Positions 51,300 through 64,000 of a DNA stretch of 64,000 nucleotides are shown one piece after another (the first letter of the stretch is position 1; the number at the start of each line of letters is the position of its first letter). The notes beneath the pieces are model-generated. The model made no database searches. It was not told the origin of the DNA and saw nothing but the letters and a program-made list of their open reading frames with translations. The translations under genes and the position numbers were made by a program. Source of the stretch: Callorhinchus milii (lineage: Eukaryota); assembly GCF_018977255.1 (NCBI RefSeq), contig NW_024704742.1, positions 51,710,001 to 51,774,000 on the forward strand, written 5' to 3'.

Positions 51300-52280
51300 C
51301 CTCCTCTACCTCTCCTCTCCCTTAGACAGTCGATCACGCTATCCTCCTCTCCTCCCTCATCCACCTGGGACTGCACTCTCCTGGTTCAAGTCCTAATTGA
51401 CCCACCTCCACCACTTTGGCTTCACAAACGGGTTCTCCCTTCCCTGCATGGTCACCTACAGCTACCTCAAGGCTCTATCTTTGGCCCCCTACTTTTTCTC
51501 ATTTACCTACTCCCACTCAGTGATGCAATCTGCAGACATTGGTCAACTTCCACATGTATGCAGATGACACCCAAAACTATATTTCCCCTTGTAGTGGGAT
51601 CCCCCTCACCACAGATGTCCTGTCACCTTGCTTGTCAGATATCAAGGCCTAGATGAGCGCCAACTTTCTGCAGCTGAATGCTGACAAGAAAGAAGCCATA
51701 TTCTGGCTCCCGTAAGTGTCTTTTCATCCACGGCACAGAACTTCCTAACCTCCTTGGCCTATCCCTCAGACTTATTGAACCTGTGCTCAATCTAGGCCTT
51801 AGATTCAATCTTTACTTATCCTTCCCAGCCCAAATCTGGGTCTTAACCAGGACCGCTTTCCTCCACATCACCCGCCTCCAATCATAACTCACACCTAATA
51901 CAGCTGAAACCCTTATTGATGCATTTGTCACCTTCTTGCCTCACTTTTTGCAGTGCTCCCCATGATGGTCTCCCCAGCTCCATGATTCATAAAATGTAAT
52001 TAACTCAAAACTCCACCGGCCACATCCTCACCCATGCGAAACCCCCATCATCCCAGTCCTTGCCAGGCTCCACTGGCTGCCTATTGCAGAATGGTTCAAT
52101 TTCTAGATCTTCACACTCATGTACAAATCACTTCATGCCCTGAGACCTCCCTACCTCTCTGACCTGCTTAAGCCTCACTTCTCTAACTGAGCCTTTACTG
52201 AGCTGACTCAGTTGTTCCCTCATCCCTTCCGCTTGGCAGCCGCTAGAGGCCCAAGACTCTGAACTCTCTGCCTCAATCCC
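51300..52280 (+). mobile_element. Older L2 LINE fragment
   Basis: Motifs GSIFGPLLFLIY, YADD and HWLP. Heavily decayed. Confidence 0.85.
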
Positions 52281-52795
52281 AACTCTCGGAATCCAATAAA
52301 TTCAAGAGCCTCACTCAGTCCTTCACTGGTGTCTGGGTCTTAACCAGGACCGTTTTCCTCCACATCATCCGCCTCCAACCATAACTCACACCTAACACAG
52401 CTGAAACCCTAATTAATGCATTTATCACCTCTCGACTCACTATTTCCAATGCCCCGTGGTGGTCTCCCCAGCTCCATTATTCATAAAATCTGTAAGTATC
52501 ACATGGGGTCGTTCATTAAAAGATTCATTGTTAAAGAGCATGTGTGGGAACCTTGGATGAATTTCCCCTCTGAAGCCAGAGGTCTCTGGCCTTGCTAAAA
52601 TCAGTAAAGTTAGCACTGACAAGATATTGAATTTGGGCCCGTTGTTCATCTGCTCTTTTTTATTTTAACTTTTGTTTTTTTTATTTTGGAAACACAATTG
52701 TCATGAGGATGACCTTACCATGCCATGGATTATGTATGTACAACCCCATCCAAAGCTTTTTATGGTTCCAAACAGATTCATTCCCAGTAACTAAC

Positions 52796-52930
52796 CTTCA
52801 TAAACATGCTGAATCCAGTTTTGAGCAGTTCTGTAAGGCCACCGGACATATACTCGATATCCACAGCTTCAGGTCGATCTGGATGCAATATCTCCTCTAA
52901 GACCTGCCTCAGCAGAGGCTTGTATGTGGC
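52796..52930 (-). CDS. SCFD2: SCFD2 internal exon (ATYKPLLRQVLEEILHPDRPEAVDIEYMSGGLTELLKTGFSMFMK)
   Basis: Acceptor atctgtag, donor gttagt. 135 nt, phase 0/0. Contains the SCFD2 signature GLT.LLKTGFSMFMK. Confidence 0.95.
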
Positions 52931-54644
52931 CTACAGATTGCAAAAGTTCAAGTCAACAGGAATCTTGTTTCAGTGGCAATTAATATGCACATTTGTAATT
53001 TTCTGCCCATCTTCAAAGTTTCTCCCCCCCTTTCAATTAGATGGAAAATATAAAAACTTTAAAAGAATACTTTCCTGAGCAGCAATATGGAGCAAATGAG
53101 ATTCTTTAACAAAGAGTCTGAGTGGAGATGTCTTACAGCAAATAGACATACATGGTGTCCACAAGTCCTCTTACCCCCTGTTACAAAACAGTGATATGAG
53201 GCGATGGAGGAGCTGAAACAAGCTGTCAGAGATGCATTTCACATTGTCACTACATCCATATTATGGAAGATCTTGCATCGAACATGGCGATAGATCAGTA
53301 TCTGCCCTGAAAATGATGTCACACTGATCCTCTGGCCATTTGGACATCTAAATACAGTTGTACTAAATACAATTAAATAATTCTATATACAATTACCATC
53401 ATTCTTCCACATGTTTAGTTGTTGGTTAGTACATTGTAGGAAAAAATACAAGGGGGTAACATGTCTTTGTGGACAACCTATAGGGTAAACAACAAGAGGA
53501 GAACTGGGTGAAAACCAAATAAATAAATCAAATAAATTAAAAGTTCTTGTTCAATTTAAAGTTCCGAGAATTTAATCCTTTGAGCGCTGACGTACGTAAC
53601 TAAGCAGGCTCTGAATGAGCAGACAGTTCTGATTAAGCAAAGTACAAACACGTGCTCTGTGCCAAGGAACCCAGGTAAGGAGGGAGGAGTGGAAGTAAAA
53701 CTGTAGGTCCCGTTCTTTCAAATGGCTGGCTTACTCCCCAACTCTCTGCTCCAGTTCACATCTAAGCACCTCATATGATGAAGAACAGGGCTCCTTTGAT
53801 TAAGAAACACTGCATTTTATTGTTTGAAAAGATCACTGGTTTCACCTCCGGCTGGGAACTGTGCAGTGTGAGGCACAGGGACAGCTTTCTGCATGAAAGT
53901 ATTCTCGGTCAACTGGAAAAGACTGGCCTCGAACCAACCGGAAGTTAGGATTATCCCTGATATGTAATACTGAGCACAAAGACATGGACAGAACATATGG
54001 TTCAGAATTTATTCTAAATATTCTTATTAATGTTCCTTTTTAAAAAAAACGGTGTTTATAGTTATATGGGGAATTGATATTCAAATATTTTCATTATTTG
54101 AACTCATTTTAAGGTAACAGAATGCTGCATTCTAACAATTATCTTGAAACCGGCAGGGACTGAATCAAGTTGGTCGGAAACAGGCTCAGAATAGGGAAGC
54201 CATGGGGCAACAACAGTTTTATATACACACACACAAGACCATTGGTGTTGCAAACTAGCAGCTGGTGCAGGGAAATCGCTCTGGATGGTGAATGGGGAGA
54301 GGCTGTGACTGGTGCATCTTGCTCAGGATGCAGAGCTCAATATCACTAAACATGCTTTGTAGTGACCAAAAGGCCTCTGAAGCCAAAGCGCAGAACCAGA
54401 TTCAAATCAGAACAATTCAAGAAGTAGCAAAAGCTTTAATAGGTGCAAGAGATAATCTGCATTTATAGAGCATGATGGAGACTCCTTCAGTGGGTGATCT
54501 GTAATTTTTAAAAACTATTATATAGGAATGTTGGAATATGCAGGAATGAAAAAACGTTATGTGGTCCAGCAGTCTGGTCTCAAAAGAATAAATAAGTACA
54601 TATTAGAAACTACTTTATCTCTTGTACATTACAATCAGTCCTAT

Positions 54645-55032
54645 AGTCCTGTAGCTCAATGTTAGAGCACTTGCCTCGTAAGCGAGAGACTTGGGTTTGA
54701 TTCCTGGCAGGGCAAAACGTTCAGCAAGTTTCCTTACTCCACAAGCCTCTGTTTACCTAGCAGTAAGTGGGAACCCGATTGTTAGTCAATTGGCGGATCT
54801 CTTTTCTGGGGATAATAATCCCCTCCCCCCCACAAAAAGCAATGATAATTTGGTCACTCAATCCACGACTGTTTGTGGGAGACTGCTATCCGCAATTGGC
54901 TGCTGCATTTCTCCTACAAATATACAGTCAATTCACTTTACAGTCTATTTTGTGAAGAGCTTTGAGACGTCTAGAAGACGTGAAAAACCCCATATCAAAT
55001 GCAAGGTTTATTATTATATTGTTATTATTATA
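54645..55032 (+). mobile_element. tRNA-Ala SINE, long subfamily, full length
   Basis: Head agtcctgtagctcaatgttagagcacttgcc, extra central segment, tail aaatgcaagg(tta)n. Confidence 0.88.
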
Positions 55033-56347
55033 ATCAATTTTTTCACCAAATAACTATCTAATTCCCTTTTGAACTTCCTGATATAATCTGCCTCCAATGC
55101 TTTCCTATCACTCTTTGTGTACAGCAATCAAATCTGAACCATTTGTTCTAAACTTGAATCCATGTCCCCTTTGTTGTACAGTTTATACTTATGGTAAATA
55201 TATTAAGTTAATTTTCTCTATACTCTATGGCATCTGAATACTTAGATAATATTGAATTACATCCATTATTATACAGATAATTCCAAATGAATATATGGGC
55301 CAATGAATACAATATTGTATGGGCCTAAATCTCTTAAGACCTTCAGTATCTAGCTTCAGTAACCAAACATCTATAAAAGAATGTCTGTCCAAATATGGCA
55401 CAGAGTCAACCTTTTACTACAAATTTTCTTGGAAGCTTGTAACATTTCTCCGTGCAATACATTCTAATGGATTTTGTCAGCGTAGATTAGCCAAAAATGA
55501 AACAAAATGACAAAAACATTTTTACTCAGAAAAGCTTTTAAATAAAAATGAGAATACATAGACTGTTGTTCCTCAGACCTATTATAGTCTGCAGATTGTT
55601 TCATGTCTGGCCTGACTGCCTGCCTGAGGCATCAACTACCGAATGCAGAGGAATAGCTTACCTCCAGCATGTGTGTACAATTTACTGCCTTAAAGTGGTT
55701 TTATTTTACCTTGCAGGTTAGCTAGCTTTGGCAGTAAAACAAGTTCTATATCTTATAGCTTTTTTAAAAGAAACATTGCCAGAATACAACTATTGTTTTC
55801 TTTCTGTTGGGTTCACTACACTATAAATGTCAAAACAATTTTTTTTAGGGGATTAAGGAACAATTCAGTCTATTTCTCCTCGGGGCTTTGTACACCCACT
55901 TCTCATCATGAAGTAATACAACTGCTGACATTCGCTGGATTTTTTTTGGGGGGGCGCACAACATTCCAGAGCTCTTGTCAACCCTAGTCACGCAAAACTT
56001 AAGTGTCTAACAACAGTCAGTAGCTTTGAGCCAAACACAGACCATCTGTTTAATATCTAGACTGAAATAAATTTAGAATTAAAAGGTTTGGGTTGAGGCA
56101 AACTACTGAAGGAGAACCTCATGAAACACCACTAGATTTGCTCCCCTCTATAGTTTACTTAAGTTTGATTACAATTGTGAAGCTACTCTTGCTGAAAAAC
56201 AGACTTTATTCAGTAACCAGCAAAGTGTTTTTTCCAATGGAAATCAAGATAACATACATCATATGCAATTTACAATCAAAGATAGAGCATCTTTATTTTT
56301 GTAACTGTCATAACTGAATGTTTGAAATATAGCACTTTACACATTTT

Positions 56348-56658
56348 AATAATAATCCTTGCATTTTGATATAGCGCTTTTCACGTCTTCTAGACATCCC
56401 AAAGCGCTTCACAGAATATACCGTAAAGTGAATTGACTGTATATTTGTGGGTGAACGCGGCAGCCAATTGCGCACAGCAATGTCCCACAAACAGTCGTAG
56501 AGTGAAAGTGACAAATTTATTATTGTTTTTTTTGAAGGGATTATTATTAGGCTCTGTGTGGAGTAAGGAAACTTGCCCAAGGTTTCGCCCTGCCTGGAAT
56601 TGAACTCAGGTCTCTCGCTTGCAAAGCGAGTGCTCTAACCACTGAGCTACAGGACTCC
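56348..56658 (-). mobile_element. tRNA-Ala SINE, short subfamily, full length, with 12-bp TSD and palindromic 5' filler
   Basis: Near-identical to 500-825. TTACACATTTTA at 56337-56348 and 56723-56734. Confidence 0.92.
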
Positions 56659-59600
56659 ACGTGTAACTCCAAAATAGCAAACTCCAAAATAGCAAAATTT
56701 TGCTATTTTTGCTATTTTGGAGTTACACATTTTATGACAGAACTTCTACGTCAGTGCATTTTAACGCATGGTGGGGGATGAATGATGTTGCTAAAACCAG
56801 ACCCGCATGCAGCCTGGGTGGAAGGGTATTAAAACAGATGAGAAAATAAGTAGAACAATGACAGAGTTGAAAAGAATTTTTTTGGTGTGAACTTTGTGCG
56901 ATCTTATTTGTAACTCCTCATCCATGTTAATATGCTAAGGAATCAATGTTCTTTTCTATGTTTCTTATTATGGGGTGTCCCTATATACTCCAATTATAGC
57001 CTAACTAAGGTCTTGAACTAGTTCAACATTCCCTCCTCATGTTAATATTCTATACTTCTAGATATATAACTGTGGATTCAATTTCACCTATTATGACCTT
57101 ATTTACCTTCACTTCAACTGTGCCTTTGGCCATCTTCCCACCCCCACCCCCCTGTCCTCCTCCCCTTCTGACCTCAACTCCCAGCTCGGGTCCAAAACCC
57201 GATTGCCCTGAGACGTCTTTCTGATGTGAAGGGCGCTACACAAGTGTAATTTGTTGTTGTTGTTGTGCACAAGCACTGATCTGTGTCTCTGCGTACTAAG
57301 GTCCCTCTGCTTTTCTACTTCATTTTAGAATCTAACATGTTTAGGTGCATTTCCTCTCCCTATTCTTCCTTACAAAATATATTAGTTCCCCTCCCACATC
57401 CTTCAGTTCCCACCCCAGCTCAGATGCCCAGTCAGCTGTGCCAAGGGCTTGGCGGCATTCTCCTGACATGAAGGGTTATATGAATGTAAATTATATTCTA
57501 TAGTACTTCACACTTTTCTAAATTAGACTGCATTTACTGCATACCTACCTAAACTATTATCTTATTCATTTCCTCCTGCTGTATATTCAAATTTTAATCC
57601 CAATGTGGTATCCCCCCAATTTAGTGTCATTATAAAATTCTTATATTGTCTTTTATGATTTGTATCTTTTAGAAAAATCTGTGCTGTGATAAGAATTTTT
57701 GAGGGTCAGTGGGGTGTATGACTCATGCGGATATTCATCGTCATGTTTAAGAGTATCCAAACCAAGCTGAGAATTCCATGCATCCCATCTACACATGGAA
57801 ATTCCAGAGATAGATTGCTGGAATGGAATGCACATTCTCACCCTGGAGGGATGCATCCTGCTTACCCAATTCCGGAAAGTATTAGATTGGCAAGAGCAAG
57901 GCTTGGGGACCCCAGAGTGTGCTGTGAAAACCTCAAAGCTTGCCACTGATAGTAATGTCTAGCAAGCTTTCCTGCTGCAAGCTAGACTCACCCCAGGGCT
58001 TTGGCTTGCAGGAGCTGAGTGGGAGGATTCGCTGCCCTCAGTGACTGGTCTGCTCTTCCACATCCTGCCAATGAACCAGACTGGCTGTGCTGTCATCAGC
58101 AGTGCCCTGGAATACTGCAGACCCGCCTGGCTCAGGAACCGGACTACCAAGTCTGCCACAGAGGGCTGGCATGATTCTGACATTCCTTTCCCAAACATGT
58201 CAACTTGGAGCCAGTTTAGCACCAATGAAGAGAGTCACTAGTTGGTTGTTAAGAATCATTAGATACAGCAATGTCACAAAAACACAAATAAAGTTGTCCG
58301 AAAACTGCCCAATGATTTAAATGGTAAAGCCACTGCCCAATATGAAACTGAATTACACAGACTTAACAAGTCACAAACACAATCCAAGTTACCTTACGTC
58401 TGCCAGCCAGATTTACAGTGTTATAGTTAGCCTCAGAATCCTAATATAGAATAGGGATCACAAAGGCAAATCAGCCATTCCTAACCACTACTCCTGGAAA
58501 GTGTAAACGTGTGGGTGTTGGATGGAGCGAGGATTAGAAGAGACTCCTGATAACAAACTTATATGGGCTGGTTTTAGTGCATATCCATGCTGGTTCTAGT
58601 GAATGGTTTCTTTAACTATTCTTACAGGGATTCTTTGTGCTGCGAAGCACTATGGAACATGCTCATTCTGCACATTTGATTGGGATTCAAGTGGCAGCTA
58701 TTCAATGTGCATTCCACAAACACCAACAAGCAATGGGAATCAACTGGGAAGTTGTTGGCAGAACACATTTTTTTGGTTTAAAGGTTTTTTTAAAAAAAAA
58801 CTGTTTCAGCCCTCCTTTTGTCTGGTAATCTCCCATCTCCAGCAGTTCAAAATCAGAAGTAATTCATTGAATCATAGAAATTACAGCGTAGAAGGCCAGT
58901 TAGCCCATTGACATGAAGTCAGTGCTTGCTCCAAAACACACATTCAATTTTAAAATCAATGTTAATATAAATGTATTTGTTGTTTTTCCTCTTCTCCTGA
59001 ATGTGTTGTCTCACATTCGATTATAGTACTATGCACAAAAGGCCCCTTCTGGAAACTCAACTAAACAGTGGGAAGAATTTGTTAGGTCTACATTTTGCAT
59101 TTTATGGTACACAAATCAAAAAGATACACCATCTGGCTTCAGCTGTTATGTTACTGATCATACAGGGTGCTGAGGCTCACATGTGAAGAATGACCACTTG
59201 TTTAAAGTAGTGGAGGGTGACCAGAGTCTGTGGAACTCCTCTCCTCCTGGTTTGGGATGGGGGGCTGTGGGGAGGTAGGTAAGCTGACTATCTTTGGGGC
59301 TGAGTTGGCTCCAAGGTTACATGTCTGGTAATGGAAGTTTGGGTTAAAATGGACTTCTATAGCAGTCTTGGTAGTCTGATACACTCAGCTCCTGATAAGG
59401 TTATAAGCCAATGGTAGGCTGTGTAGTTTTTGCTGGGTTAAACTTCAGCACTATCCTAATTCACACATGGGGTTGTTTCCAAGTGTTGGCTCCTGCCTAC
59501 CTGCACGTATACTCTCTGGGATTATGTAAAGAGAATATTCACCTTTGGAGCACTCCAAACCAGACAAACAGAAACAGTATATATGTAGAAGTCCCATTAG

Positions 59601-59759
59601 TTTGGTTTGGAGACTCTTAAGTGTGGTGATGGGTTTCTGTGTGTATCAACTATCGACCTGACCAAAAAAGAACTCTGTAAAACTACAACCTTACAAGAGT
59701 CCGAGAGGGATGGAAAATTATTGGAGAAGAAAACAAAATAAACTTTTCCATATCTTTAC

Positions 59760-59905
59760 CTGGTGGGTGTCATCTCCAGGGTTGTATAAAACCCTGAACT
59801 GTTTCATATGTGACCGTGCTCTGGAGATCCCCCGCAGGTTTTCAAACACCAAATCTACAGCAGTAGTGGCTGTGTTGAAGGTTAATTCAGGTGATGAGGA
59901 GCAAC
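59760..59905 (-). CDS. SCFD2: Sec1 family domain containing 2, internal exon (CSSSPELTFNTATTAVDLVFENLRGISRARSHMKQFRVLYNPGDDTHQ)
   Basis: Minus-strand acceptor ttatttctatttcag, donor gtaaag. 146 nt. The peptide resembles the human SCFD2 segment LTF..AVDELF..LR.I..ARS..KQF...PG..THQ (recalled). Confidence 0.9.
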
Positions 59906-60134
59906 CTGAAATAGAAATAATTATTTATAAAACTTGTTAATAAAACATTCAGAACTGCAAAGAAGTAACTTCTGTGCAGCCCGACAACATGTGGTGCCAG
60001 TCAGATCCCGCAACAATTTGTGTAAAATGTCTGTGACCTTGATTCAAGTGGGTCTTTGAAACAGTACTTCCTCATGTCACTAACTTGGAAACTTGGAAAC
60101 ATGTAGCACATTTTCCTCATTACGTGAATAAGTA

Positions 60135-60760
60135 TTTGTGGTGTGCCACAGATGTCAGGATTAGCACCATTATCATTTATAATTTTTATAAGTAATTTCA
60201 TCTGAAATATATCAAAGTTGTCTAAATTTGCAGATAATACCAAATTGGCAATTGTTGAGAATCAATGTGCACTAATTTAAAATTATCTGGAGAAACAGGG
60301 TATACGGGCAGAAAGGTGACCGATGCAGTATAATACAGAGAAATGAGAAGTAATAGGATTCATCAAATAAGGAGCAGTATGGAATATGTGCTGAATGGCA
60401 ATGTAGTTATGGTAAGACCATGTAGCTTTTGTAAAATAGGCCACTGAAATCATTTGTATAATGTTCCCGGATAATTAAGAAAGTGAACAAACTGCTGGGA
60501 TGTTTAATTGAGGGATCAGGATATAATTTTATTGTATCTGATCTTGGTGAGAATACATTTGGATGATTGCATCTAGCATTGGTCTGCCATTTTCAGAAGT
60601 GGTATACAATTGTTGGGGGGCAGGGGGGCGGTGTCGGGAATAATATTTCCATGACTTAGGGGCAGCGCCATAAGGAAAGATTTGCTATCCTATGATTCTT
60701 CTATCTTAAAGTGAAGACTTGATACAGATTCTAAAATGATGAATCTCTCAAAACAAAATT
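60135..60760 (+). mobile_element. Highly decayed CR1 LINE RT fragment
   Basis: Remnants G.PQ.S.L.P..F.IFI and SKFADNTKL, followed by CR1-like downstream sequence. Confidence 0.65.
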
Positions 60761-62524
60761 TAGACACCAATACATTTTATAATGTTATATCAAATTTCAA
60801 CAACAACTTACATTTATACAGTATAGTGCTCTTCACATGGGGTAGCGTTTCAGGGCACTTAAAAGGGGGCAATAGGTTCAGTAGATGGATAAAAGCCTTG
60901 CAAAGCTTTAAAAGCCTCTTGGACTTAGCTTCACCCAGTTGGCTCCTGTGCAAAAGCTTCATAGTTTCTGTACACCACTTGGAAGTTCTCCATATCAAAC
61001 ACTTAAACCACATTTGCGCTTTTGATCTCATATAAATCCCACAAACAGTTGTTCCACGCTGTACTGAAACAAGGAATTTATATTCTGGTAAAACAGAATT
61101 TAATTTGCGTTCACAGGTGAAGTGGGGCTATAAGTTCCAAGTTATCCTACATTGTTTTATAGTTCTGATGCTCGATGGGAGAAATGGAAACATGCTGCGT
61201 TCCTAAATAAAGCCATTCTCTTGACCAGTACACTTTTTATCAAATGGACATGTACTATTATTCTACATGGACCCATTAAAGACATAAAACACACCAGCTC
61301 CACTGAAACAAAGAATATGCTTATAAATTTACATTATTATTTTTCTGATAATTGTGGTCGTTAAAATGTTTTCCTAATAGTTTCCATCTACATTCACCTT
61401 ATAAGACATTATATAACATTTCATCATTTACAGGCTTTTCATTTTTTTTCTGTTCAAGTTTAATGCAGATGTTGGGGAAAAAATAACCATCTGTCTCATT
61501 GTGTGCATATCACATACGTAGATAGCTCTGAAGGAAATGTTCAGCGTCTTCCATCACCCTCCTCCTTTCCAACATTCCCCGGGTCACCAGGAATGTGAAG
61601 AGAAGCTCAAACTACTCTACAACTCCATCCCCAAGAAATTTGGACATAAACTACACAAAAAGAATGGCTTTGTTGTGATGAAGTCCACTGCCACTAAAGA
61701 ACTAGTACACAATCCATATGAAATCCAGATTGGAGGTTGTGATGCTTGAATTGCTGAATGATCGAGAATAGCGTGAGAGGCTGCACTGAACGTTTGCCAA
61801 AACACATACTACCAGTTAAGAACTGATGGCATGCGCTGCTGTGTTGCAATTTGTAGTCTGCCTTTATGACAGAAAAAGGGTCAGTTACAAGGCCAGGTGG
61901 CTTTATTGTTTTTTTACACACACACACACAATTGTCCTGGAGCAAGCTGATTACTGTGACATTTTCTGCATTCGAAAAATGCAGTTTACTTTAATGTTTT
62001 CAAGTTGAATGTTTTGAAGTATTAATGGAAACATTGCAGAACAGGCATTCTGCAGTTACATAATATCTGGGATAATGGCTGCCAGAACTGTATAAGTCTG
62101 CAATTCCATTAAGCAAAGCTTATGAGGTCACAAACCACAAAAATATTAACAACACTCGGAATCTGAATTACAATCTTAACCTCAACGCCAGATATGTGTT
62201 GCTACTCACAATAAACTAAACAGCTTCTTGAAAAGTATAAAGCACAGTGGTGTGCACATGTCATGCACTTTGACGATTTATGGCGGTGAATGCTTACATA
62301 AAGAGTTCTTCTCAGATAAGCTCATCGGATAGAGAGTCAAATCATACCACTCTCCCAGCAGCTAAAGCACCATTGTTGAGTGCTATTGGAATCTTTAGTC
62401 ATAAAAGGTTATGGGCCAGATATTGCAGTGTGGAGAACTGTGATGTTCGATTTGAAGAGACTGGGTATTATAATAGGATTTGAAGAGATAGGATATTATA
62501 GATCATTAACTCATGTTTTGTTGT

Positions 62525-62742
62525 TTAAGAAAAATCTTGTACACTATTTTTTTTTGAAGGGATTATTGCCCCTGGAAATGCGATCTGCCAATCAACTAAT
62601 AACCGGGTTCCTACTTTCTATTAGGTGAACAGAGGCATGTGGTGTAAGGAAACTTGCCCAACATTTCACCCTGCCCAGGAATCAAACCCAGGTCCTCTCG
62701 CTTGCAAGGCGAGTGCTCTAACCACTAAGGTACAGGACTCCA
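62525..62742 (-). mobile_element. tRNA-Ala SINE, long subfamily, 5' part
   Basis: Head and central segment collinear with 54645. Confidence 0.8.
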
Positions 62743-62744
62743 CC

Positions 62745-63430
62745 ATGGACAAGACAGAGGCTTTCCTGCTTGGCTCCCACCGCCTTCTCAACACAGGTGT
62801 AGACAGGATCAAACTGGAGATGGATACTCCACCTCATGGAGCCTGTGTGGAATCTCAACTCTCAACTCTCCTTTAAACTTCACATCTGTGCTCTGTTCTA
62901 CTCAGCTTCCCCCTACCTTAATAACATCTCCGCCATTACCTCTCCCCTCGGCCCACCGAGACACTGAATCACACATTCAATGTCCAGGCTAGATTACGCC
63001 AATTATTCTCTTTGCAGGCTGCAGACCATCCATAACTCTGCAGTTAGTGTCCTTTCCTGCACTAGGCTTTATCAATCACTGGGCCTAACAATCCATCCTC
63101 ACCTGGCTCCAGTGGCTCCCATCACCAGTGAATCGAGTTCAAGTTTCTCATCCTAACCTGTAAATCCCTCCATGGTCTTTCCCCAACCAACTTCTGCAAC
63201 CTCCTCAAACCTACAAACCTGGCCGCTCCCTCCATTGATCAGACACTGGCCTGCCTCACGTTCTCTGCCCCACCCACCGTGTCCTGGCAGAGATCCACCA
63301 TTGGTGGTCGGGCTAGCGTAGCTGTCCCCACTATATGGAACTCCATCCCGAAATCTCTTTGACTTGCTCCTTGCCTCGTCCGTCTTAAGACCTTCCTCTT
63401 TGACCGTGTTTTCAGCCATCTTTCCCCATC
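62745..63430 (+). mobile_element. Decayed L2 LINE 3' fragment
   Basis: Remnants KTEAFLLGS, SRLDYAN and QWLP. Confidence 0.75.
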
Positions 63431-64000
63431 CAGCTATTGTTATGGCATCTCTAAGTATCTGCCAATATATCATCGACCAAATTCCCCTTGGAGGAGTTAT
63501 TGAACTCAACTCAAATTAATATCAGTACAATGTCATTAAATGGTAGTTAATCAACGTAGTAAAAAGGAAAGGTACAATCCCCAAAATATATGCTGTTACC
63601 TGCATTTTTATTTGCCTTTACTTACACTAGGGTTTTAAATCCATACCCAGAATTAAAAATATAATATTATATTGTTTGTACCCATTAGTTCTTCACAGAA
63701 ATTCCAAACCTATTCTTTGCAGAAATGATAGAAGATACACTATATAGAAATACAACACTTCCAGTTCATGACAGTCTGGAAATATTTTCGAATGAAGTTG
63801 CTCACTCTGATAGCACTAAACTGAGCAGAGGGAGCCACAAAGCTCTGTGCAGCCCACGGAGTAAGCAATCATCCCAGAACTCATACATTTCACTGATCAC
63901 CGAATCAATCCTTTGCAGAACAGACATTAGCCAATGAAATAATGTAGATTTCATCCAATGTTTCTAATTTCACATCTATACATCACAATGCCCACCTCCG

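Overview
Vertebrate genomic DNA, AT-rich and repeat-rich. It is most likely a cartilaginous fish, judged only from the DeuSINE, tRNA-Ala SINE, L2, CR1 and Penelope-type repeat content. It holds the complete 4-exon RASL11B gene on + (CDS 28817-28925, 32516-32572, 32731-32807, 35620-36081; 234 aa; TATA/GC-box promoter; polyA signal 37266). Convergent to it on - are the last four coding exons of SCFD2 (59760-59905, 52796-52930, 46590-46709, 40589-40681), which the ORF track does not report. The rest is intergenic or intronic DNA with decayed L2 and CR1 LINEs, two SINE families and tandem repeats. No prokaryote-type system (CRISPR, operon, defence locus) is present, and I found no clearly novel system. 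Best leads: (1) a TSD-flanked ~170-bp fold-back element carrying a minimal hammerhead ribozyme motif (9496-9665); (2) RASL11B intron 1, which is mostly tandem repeat, with a G-quadruplex-type (GGGCTCA)n array and about 35 AGCCAGACA SMAD3/4 CAGA boxes; (3) repeated locally templated inverted copies inside or next to L2/SINE insertions (2854-3593, 50889-51554, 56661-56728); (4) an unclassified ~400-bp repeat present four times. Repeat boundaries are by eye and approximate; exon boundaries are exact. No database search was run.
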